DNA of 4,411 nucleotides from a virus (Duplodnaviria > Heunggongvirae > Uroviricota > Caudoviricetes): positions 1 through 4,411 of the IMG/VR virus record IMGVR_UViG_3300014784_000061, one strand, 5' to 3'. The notes beneath the pieces were generated by a model, which saw only the letters and a program-made list of their open reading frames with translations, searched no databases and was not told the DNA's origin. Shown here one piece after another: positions 1 through 4,254 of this stretch (positions are counted from its first letter, which is position 1; each line of letters begins with the position of its first letter). A program made the translations under genes and the position numbers.

Positions 1-242
1 ACGGTAGCCGGGTTAGCCTCTGCTATGAATTCAGCGTTTGCATAAGCCTGAGCATCTGTTTCAATCAGGCAGTTAATATGACATTCCGCAATCACGCCAC
101 CGGGTTCTCCTTTCCATTTTTGGCAAACAAAAACTCCTGTTAAATTGCCGTGCTGGTTAACAGATGTATGCCCTACGATGTAGCTTCCTTTAGTTGCTTT
201 CTCTGCCTTTTCACGCAGTGCCTGATAGTCAATCTTGCTCAC
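1..242 (-). CDS. Ead/Ea22-like family protein, N-terminal 80 aa only (gene continues beyond position 1)
   Basis: GTG at 242..240 is preceded by a strong SD (minus strand AAGGAGGCAGCCA-GTG) and overlaps the upstream stop. The frame is open to the window edge: MSKIDYQALREKAEKATKGSYIVGHTSVNQHGNLTGVFVCQKWKGEPGGVIAECHINCLIETDAQAYANAEFIAEANPAT.... The pattern ALRE..AEKAT.G...(about 45 aa)...ANAEFIA.ANP matches my recollection of the conserved N-terminal domain of Ead/Ea22-like prophage proteins. Confidence 0.45.
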   Translation of the reverse strand, partial: MSKIDYQALREKAEKATKGSYIVGHTSVNQHGNLTGVFVCQKWKGEPGGVIAECHINCLIETDAQAYANAEFIAEANPAT

Positions 243-543
243 TGGCTGCCTCCTTTGCCGGGATTTCTAACTTTTGAGTGGTTGTATCAAATTCAAACAA
301 CTTAACCACGTCATCAAACAGGACATAATCACCATCAGGATCTTCAGTCATATCTGCGCCACAATCCTGACCGCACGAGTCGCAACCATCCATATCAAGC
401 TCGTATCGCTTCAGGTTTGCGATATTTGATAAATTCAGCGCCAGTACAGCCAGGTCATAAACCTCTTCGGCAGTGACATCGCTGTTCAGTCCCATTTCAT
501 GGCGATATATGATTTTTTCTACTCGTTGTTTTGTGATCGTCAT
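229..543 (-). CDS. Hypothetical acidic protein with Cys cluster, 104 aa
   Basis: Track ORF begins with TTG at 567. ATG at 543..541 lies downstream of GGAG (minus strand CGGAGTGAAGAGAAAA-ATG). Protein MTITKQRVEKIIYRHEMGLN...DMDGCDSCGQDCGADMTEDPDGDYVLFDDVVKLFEFD... is highly acidic in its second half and has a C-x2-C-x3-C cluster. Stop TGA at 231..229. Confidence 0.5.
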   Translation of the reverse strand: MTITKQRVEKIIYRHEMGLNSDVTAEEVYDLAVLALNLSNIANLKRYELDMDGCDSCGQDCGADMTEDPDGDYVLFDDVVKLFEFDTTTQKLEIPAKEAASEQD

Positions 544-573
544 TTTTCTCTTCACTCCGATATACAAGGATTA

Positions 574-813
574 CTACACCCCCTCTGCTGATTGCGCGAG
601 CTGGATCCCCTGGTTCCATGCCGTCAATTCCGAAGGCTTCGAAAATGCATCCATTGCCTTCTGGCGTTGCTCCTGCTTACGGCGTTTATTCCATTTTTTC
701 ATGAACAACAGTGACAGCCATCGTCCGCTGCAGAACATGATGTAGAAATAACCAAGAAGTGCCAGGCCGGTGTTCAGGGCCATATCAATCGTTATCGCCG
801 GGTCAATATTCAC
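574..813 (-). CDS. Small membrane protein, 79 aa (one predicted TM helix plus basic segment)
   Basis: GTG start at 813..811 with AGGAGG 6 nt upstream (minus strand CAGGAGGTGGGCA-GTG), overlapping the DUF4406 stop by 11 nt; alternative ATG at 783. Hydrophobic stretch ALNTGLALLGYFYIMF followed by basic KKWNKRRKQEQRQK. Stop TAG at 576..574. Confidence 0.5.
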   Translation of the reverse strand: MNIDPAITIDMALNTGLALLGYFYIMFCSGRWLSLLFMKKWNKRRKQEQRQKAMDAFSKPSELTAWNQGIQLAQSAEGV

Positions 814-1105
814 TGCCCACCTCCTGAAAAATCACCGCATGGCCCAGTTTCTCCGCCAGTGCCAGCTCAGCCCTTGCACCTGCCGACTGCTGCCAGCCTT
901 TCAGCATGTAAACCGCATCCACGCAACGGAGCATTGCCATGCAAATATCCATGTAGTGTGGTTGAGTCAGCCCGTCCGGAAGTACTGCCGGGTTTAAAAC
1001 GGTATGCCCTTCCCGTTTCAGTACCTCTTCCGCATTGTGAAACGCCTCACGGTTGAAATTTTTATACCCGGTCATTGGACCGGCGATATAGACTCTCACC
1101 CTCAC
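803..1105 (-). CDS. DUF4406 / nucleoside 2-deoxyribosyltransferase-like protein, 100 aa
   Basis: GTG start at 1105..1103 overlapping the upstream stop, preceded by AGGAGG about 7 nt upstream. N-terminus M/V-RVRVYIAGPMTG carries the YIAGPMTG glycine-rich signature that I associate with the nucleoside 2-deoxyribosyltransferase-like / DUF4406 family, whose members are small proteins of about 100 aa in phages and prophages. Confidence 0.65.
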   Translation of the reverse strand: MRVRVYIAGPMTGYKNFNREAFHNAEEVLKREGHTVLNPAVLPDGLTQPHYMDICMAMLRCVDAVYMLKGWQQSAGARAELALAEKLGHAVIFQEVGSEY

Positions 1106-1494
1106 TCCATCACCTCCTGAAAGTTTCCCCGATAGAACGCCAGCACACGCTGCATAACTTCGCTCCTCCTGCTCTCACGACAAATTATGTTCTGCCGTCT
1201 GTTGTAACGACGTATTTCTCCGTCAGGTAACTTTCGAATCAGTGTCGGGTCAGCAGCCTTCTCCGGTGTCTTACGCCATACGCGATACGCCTGCTCTGAT
1301 GGAAATACCCCGCAACCAGAGAGCCAGACATCACCACTGGCCGCAAGCGCACCAGATAAACGACGAATAGCGGTCTTACTGACACCCGTTTTATCTGCCA
1401 GTTGTCGAAAAGTTTCTCGTCCGCTCAGGCGCACGAATTCCACAATGCGCGCCTTCACTTCTTCCCGCTCTTCTGGTGTAAATACTTTTGCCAT
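1102..1494 (-). CDS. Hypothetical HTH / winged-helix protein, 130 aa
   Basis: Track ORF begins with TTG at 1509. ATG at 1494..1492 follows GGAGG with 5-nt spacing (minus strand CCGGAGGCGCTT-ATG). Stop TGA at 1104..1102 overlaps the next start (GTGA). HTH-like segment ETFRQLADKTGVSKTAIRRL resembles the wH segments of the upstream 241-aa protein. Confidence 0.55.
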   Translation of the reverse strand: MAKVFTPEEREEVKARIVEFVRLSGRETFRQLADKTGVSKTAIRRLSGALAASGDVWLSGCGVFPSEQAYRVWRKTPEKAADPTLIRKLPDGEIRRYNRRQNIICRESRRSEVMQRVLAFYRGNFQEVME

Positions 1495-1509
1495 AAGCGC
1501 CTCCGGCAA

Positions 1510-2235
1510 TCACTTTTCCGATACAACACGGCGGGAAGAATCAGTAATCTGTCGAACAATATCCCGGTGCTTGTTCAGCTCCCGCAGCGCGGCGCAGACT
1601 CGCTCCCACTTCTGAACCTGACCTTTTGCCCGGCGCAGCTCGCGGTTAGCCACATGCAGCGATGGTAAAATCAGACCATCCGGATGTTTTCTGGTGAACG
1701 ACGGCTGTGACTGCACTGTGACCGCCACACTTTCCGTTTTTATTTCTTCCTGTGTTTCTGCTTCCCGGACAGGTAACGCAACACCTGCTGGCTGAGGAAA
1801 GGCCTTACCATCATTTTCCGTTACCGGCACGGCTTTCGGCTCTGCTGGTAAATTATCGCCCGGCATGCAGTAACGAAATTTACCGCCCTGATTCACGCGA
1901 ATCAGACGCCCTTTGCTGATTGCCATTGCCAGCGATGAATTCGCACGGCGGGAGGTAATTCCGAACATCAATGCCAGCTCATCCGCCGTTTGTGGGCCAT
2001 GTTGTTCAATCGCCTCTGTCAGCATTTGCGCCGTCACTTTTGGTGGTTGTATCACAGATTCACTTTCCCCAGCCTGAGTCAGCCACCACATCGCCCCCCT
2101 GTTATCCGCTTCACCACGGCGTTTCAGTTTCCACAGTTCGTTGACAGCCTCTTCACGACTGATTCCAAGGCGCGCAGCCACCACATGTGAAGAGGCTTTT
2201 TTCAGTGCTTTCAGTGCGTCAGATACGGTTTCCAT
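1510..2235 (-). CDS. Hypothetical prophage protein, 241 aa, two tandem winged-helix-like segments plus a C-terminal predicted coiled coil
   Basis: Track ORF 1510..2253 begins with TTG. ATG at 2235..2233 has an excellent SD (minus strand TCGGAGGAAATTTTA-ATG), giving [13 protein letters not shown].... Two similar HTH/wH-like segments: [26 protein letters not shown] and [32 protein letters not shown]-terminal part [35 protein letters not shown] looks coiled-coil. Reminiscent of uncharacterised prophage DUF families; I cannot assign one without a search. Confidence 0.6.
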   Translation of the reverse strand: METVSDALKALKKASSHVVAARLGISREEAVNELWKLKRRGEADNRGAMWWLTQAGESESVIQPPKVTAQMLTEAIEQHGPQTADELALMFGITSRRANSSLAMAISKGRLIRVNQGGKFRYCMPGDNLPAEPKAVPVTENDGKAFPQPAGVALPVREAETQEEIKTESVAVTVQSQPSFTRKHPDGLILPSLHVANRELRRAKGQVQKWERVCAALRELNKHRDIVRQITDSSRRVVSEK

Positions 2236-2268
2236 TAAAATTTCCTCCGACAAAATCGTTTCTCAGAT

Positions 2269-2931
2269 TCAAATAAAACCAGCTGCCTTCCGGCGTTCGT
2301 ATTCCTGTTTCAGCCGTTCAATTGGCGTTGGCCCTTGCGGGTGTTTCGCCCCTTCCAGTTGTCGTCGCACTGGCGGAACACTCATCCCGTTACCAACATG
2401 CTTTGCCCATTTCGTCAGTTGCCGTTCCGCAAGTCGTTTTAACTCACCCTGCGTCATCTGGCGCTCAATCCCTCTGGTACGCATTTCGAGGCAGATGTGG
2501 TACAGCACAGGCTGTGGCCACGGGTATTTATCACTCCCGTCGTATCGCCAGGATTCATTGCGCCAGCGCCGGTACTCTTCCATCACGGCATCCACCGTAA
2601 GACCAAATGGATTTGCCCCACTCTCCGAAATCAGCGCAACAAACTCAGCCAGGTCCGGGGGCCACGTTTCACCCGCCCGGCAGCGGTCCATGCACTGACG
2701 GCAGACCAGCCGGATTTGCTGTTCAGTCATCGTGCCAATCTGGGCAATCCAGAGCTTCGAAGGTGCGGCCCCGTTCTTCTGTGTCCAGCGGTTCGAATAC
2801 ACCTCCCCCATAAGCTCCCACAGCTTCCAGGCCATTTCCGTTGCTGATAAATCCGTTGTCTCGTTCCCACTGTTCGCGTGCTGCCCGGATTTCCTGAACT
2901 GCCCGTGATGCCGTGCCACCTGATGCTGCAT
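2269..2931 (-). CDS. Lambda P-like replication protein (DnaB helicase loader), up to 220 aa; start uncertain
   Basis: ATG at 2931..2929 has a strong SD (minus strand AAGGGGGTAAGCC-ATG); stop TGA at 2271..2269. Internal in-frame alternatives are ATG 2835, 2811 and 2730. From about residue 58 the protein (SKLWIAQIGTMTEQQIRLV...DLAEFVALISE...YPWPQPVLYHI...) resembles lambda P as I recall it (...IRRQWVLAFRENGITTMEQV...PSPGQFVAWCREE...YPWKSNAHYWLV...). No Walker A motif, so it is not DnaC-like. Confidence 0.65.
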   Translation of the reverse strand: MQHQVARHHGQFRKSGQHANSGNETTDLSATEMAWKLWELMGEVYSNRWTQKNGAAPSKLWIAQIGTMTEQQIRLVCRQCMDRCRAGETWPPDLAEFVALISESGANPFGLTVDAVMEEYRRWRNESWRYDGSDKYPWPQPVLYHICLEMRTRGIERQMTQGELKRLAERQLTKWAKHVGNGMSVPPVRRQLEGAKHPQGPTPIERLKQEYERRKAAGFI

Positions 2932-3760
2932 GGCTTACCCCCTTGCTGACTGGTTTTACCTGTGCCCTGACGTGCTGCACGTGGCGGGCAAATTTCTGCT
3001 CCCACTGAACCTGTGTGAAAACCTTCCCCTCCGCCATCCAGTAATCCCGGAATGCGGCAAGCTCTGCAGGTGTAAATTCCGGCTCAGGCAGAGCCATACC
3101 CCACACTGCTGCCCGTTGTCGAAAATCCGGCGACGGCTGCCAGACAGTGGTCATCGAAAATTTCCCGATCGGTTCGCTCAGGCCGTCCAGGTATTCAGGT
3201 TCGGCTGTCTGCAACGGCGCACCATGCGACTCACCGGTTGGAGCACTCTCGCGCATGCGCGCGTTATGTGTGGGGTTTAATTCTGTATCTGTATCTTTAT
3301 CTGTCGTGACTTGTCGTGACAGATGCGTGACACGTCGTGACTCATCGTGACAATCAGCATCATATTTCCGCAGCTTTTCGCGCTCCCGCTGCGCTCTCTT
3401 GCGCTCTGCCGGGGATTTTGCCGTTTGCGAAACGTTACCATTGTCCTCTTTCAGCACCTGACGTTTTTCCCATCCGGAAATAAGGTCACCATCCAGAACC
3501 CGCCCCTGCATTGCATGCAAAATTGAATCAATTACGTCTTCCGTCACATCAAGCGCACTTGCTAAATCTTCCGTCGTGACATCAATGTGACCACGTAGTG
3601 ACACGCCGTGACATGTCGTGACATTTCGTGACGCGCTCACCAGAAGGTGGATATACACTGCCATCACTGTTGCGATTGGCTGTCCTGATACCCTGGCAAT
3701 CGTTCGCCACTTGGGGTCATTTGGCATGTCATGCCACAATCTGAGCCAGGCATTAGCCAT
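2723..3760 (-). CDS. Phage replication initiator (lambda O position), 345 aa, with C-terminal DnaT-like domain; contains the putative ori iterons
   Basis: ORF 2723..3766 in the track begins with GTG; ATG at 3760..3758 is preceded by GAGG (minus strand AGAAGAGGTGAGT-ATG), so I place the start at 3760, with 3766 as an alternative. C-terminal region IGKFSMTTVWQPSPDFRQRAAVWGMALPEPEFTPAELAAFRDYWMAEGKVFTQVQWEQKFARHVQHVRAQ aligns by eye with the C-terminal domain of E. coli DnaT (recalled as ...[68 protein letters not shown]). Two iteron clusters lie inside the coding sequence, as in lambdoid O genes. Confidence 0.75.
   Translation of the reverse strand: MANAWLRLWHDMPNDPKWRTIARVSGQPIATVMAVYIHLLVSASRNVTTCHGVSLRGHIDVTTEDLASALDVTEDVIDSILHAMQGRVLDGDLISGWEKRQVLKEDNGNVSQTAKSPAERKRAQREREKLRKYDADCHDESRRVTHLSRQVTTDKDTDTELNPTHNARMRESAPTGESHGAPLQTAEPEYLDGLSEPIGKFSMTTVWQPSPDFRQRAAVWGMALPEPEFTPAELAAFRDYWMAEGKVFTQVQWEQKFARHVQHVRAQVKPVSKGVSHAASGGTASRAVQEIRAAREQWERDNGFISNGNGLEAVGAYGGGVFEPLDTEERGRTFEALDCPDWHDD
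3281..3300. repeat. AT-rich short tandem tract (tctgta/tctgta/tcttta, continuing into tctgtc) flanking iteron cluster A; candidate DNA-unwinding element
   Basis: Sequence ttctgtatctgtatctttat directly abuts the first iteron. It is locally AT-rich relative to the surrounding GC-rich coding DNA. Iteron arrays next to an AT-rich tract are typical of lambdoid origins. Confidence 0.4.
3301..3351. repeat. Iteron cluster A: 5 direct repeats with 10-11 bp period, core (T)CGTGAC
   Basis: Plus strand: ctgtcgtgac (3301-3310), ttgtcgtgac (3311-3320), agatgcgtgac (3321-3331), acgtcgtgac (3332-3341), tcatcgtgac (3342-3351). Immediately adjacent to an AT-richer 6-bp periodic tract at 3281-3300. Confidence 0.8.
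3571..3632. repeat. Iteron cluster B: 6 direct repeats with 10-11 bp period, core (C)GTGAC
   Basis: Plus strand: ccgtcgtgac (3571-3580), atcaatgtgac (3581-3591), cacgtagtgac (3592-3602), acgccgtgac (3603-3612), atgtcgtgac (3613-3622), atttcgtgac (3623-3632). One-helical-turn phasing. Lies in the N-terminal coding part of the initiator gene (encodes ...RNVTTCHGVSLRGHIDVTTEDL...). Confidence 0.8.
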
Positions 3761-3828
3761 ACTCACCTCTTCTGATACCGAACTTTACCCACGAACTTCC
3801 GGAAGAAATCCGGTATAAATATTGTTGG

Positions 3829-4254
3829 TCAATGCACAACAACAGCATTACCAGGCTGACCACCACTGTTAGTCAGGGTGCCCCAGGCGATCGCCGCTGC
3901 GACAAAATCATCCACATCTTTCACCAGCCGATCCCTCCGTTCGACGATCTCACGGTAATATTCAGAACTGTGGCTGCGCATACGGGCCACCAGCAAAGGC
4001 GGCATCGCCTTTTCGATCGCCGGTAACAGAGCCTGCATTTTTTCAACAGCATCAGGGGTGTCTTTATCCAGCCAACGGAAAATTTTCTGTGTATTACGGG
4101 CCAGGGCTTCCGGATGGCTGTCGTCGTACAGTTCAGGGAACGTCATCCCCAGTTCGAAATAAGTCCGGGCTATTTCAGCTGCAGGAACTTTCTCACCGTC
4201 CGGATAGGCCCAGGCATTGATCGCCATGCGGATGTGCTCATGCTTGATTTTCAT
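3829..4254 (-). CDS. ydaT: YdaT-family protein (141 aa) at the lambda cII position
   Basis: ATG at 4254..4252 preceded by AGGAG with 8-nt spacing (minus strand CTAGGAGCTTGATTC-ATG); stop at 3831..3829. Protein MKIKHEHIRMAINAWAYPDG... matches what I recall of E. coli Rac-prophage YdaT (about 140 aa, same N-terminus). It sits between the Cro-like gene and the replication initiator. Confidence 0.6.
   Translation of the reverse strand: MKIKHEHIRMAINAWAYPDGEKVPAAEIARTYFELGMTFPELYDDSHPEALARNTQKIFRWLDKDTPDAVEKMQALLPAIEKAMPPLLVARMRSHSSEYYREIVERRDRLVKDVDDFVAAAIAWGTLTNSGGQPGNAVVVH

Larger units (their letters stand above)
3270..3640. other. Putative phage origin of replication embedded in the initiator gene (iteron clusters A and B, AT-rich tract, about 220-bp spacer)
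   Basis: Eleven phased copies of the same core motif in two arrays inside the gene for the presumed initiator. This follows the lambda ori-within-O arrangement. Confidence 0.6.

Noticed and set aside
2141-2698. Plus-strand ORF of 185 aa, and likewise the other plus-strand ORFs in the track (473-745, 770-997, 859-1056, 1402-1668, 1990-2190, 2322-2600, 2497-2847, 2607-2813, 2930-3280, 3147-3350, 3618-3818, 3832-4026)
   Set aside because: All lie antisense to minus-strand genes that have good ribosome-binding sites, coupled junctions and recognisable protein families. Their translations are Ser/Arg/Cys/Pro-rich and low-complexity, typical of antisense frames in GC-rich coding DNA. None has a convincing SD.
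2269-2931. Possibility that the loader is DnaC-like (AAA+ ATPase) as I recall for Rac YdaV
   Set aside because: No Walker A (GxxxxGK[ST]) or Walker B motif is present in the 220-aa product. The sequence pattern instead follows lambda P.
2727-3005. Minus-strand 92-aa ORF in a third frame across the initiator / P-like junction
   Set aside because: Arg/Gly/Ser/Pro-rich translation (MGAEICPPRAARQGTGKTSQQGGK...) with no start-site support. The region is already accounted for by the initiator and P-like frames.
3301-3632. Possible CRISPR array, given the many short direct repeats
   Set aside because: Repeat units are only 10-11 bp and directly abut one another without unique spacers of regular length. 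They lie inside a protein-coding gene. The architecture is that of origin iterons, not CRISPR.
3797-3813. Palindrome / hairpin ttccggaagaaatccgg in the 68-bp gap between the YdaT-like gene and the initiator, considered as a terminator or attenuator (analogous in position to lambda tR1)
   Set aside because: Stem is only about 5 bp and is not followed by a U-run on the transcribed (minus) strand, so it is not a convincing intrinsic terminator. A Rho-dependent or protein-binding role cannot be judged from sequence.
3760-3840. Search for an oop-like antisense RNA promoter or terminator on the plus strand near the initiator start (TATAAAT at 3814-3820; TTGACC on the minus strand around 3825-3830)
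   Set aside because: Candidate -10 and -35 hexamers do not occur with acceptable 16-18 bp spacing on either strand and no intrinsic terminator follows. I cannot support a promoter call from sequence alone.
3886-3895. Perfect 10-bp palindrome GGCGATCGCC (contains a GATC Dam site) inside the YdaT-like gene
   Set aside because: Single occurrence, fully explained by coding (AAAIAWG), no partner half-sites or phasing. Probably coincidental.
3908-3916. DnaA-box-like 9-mer TCATCCACA (8 of 9 match to TTATCCACA) within the YdaT-like gene
   Set aside because: Single imperfect copy about 270 bp from the iteron arrays and inside a different gene. Chance occurrence is likely, and no second box was seen nearby.
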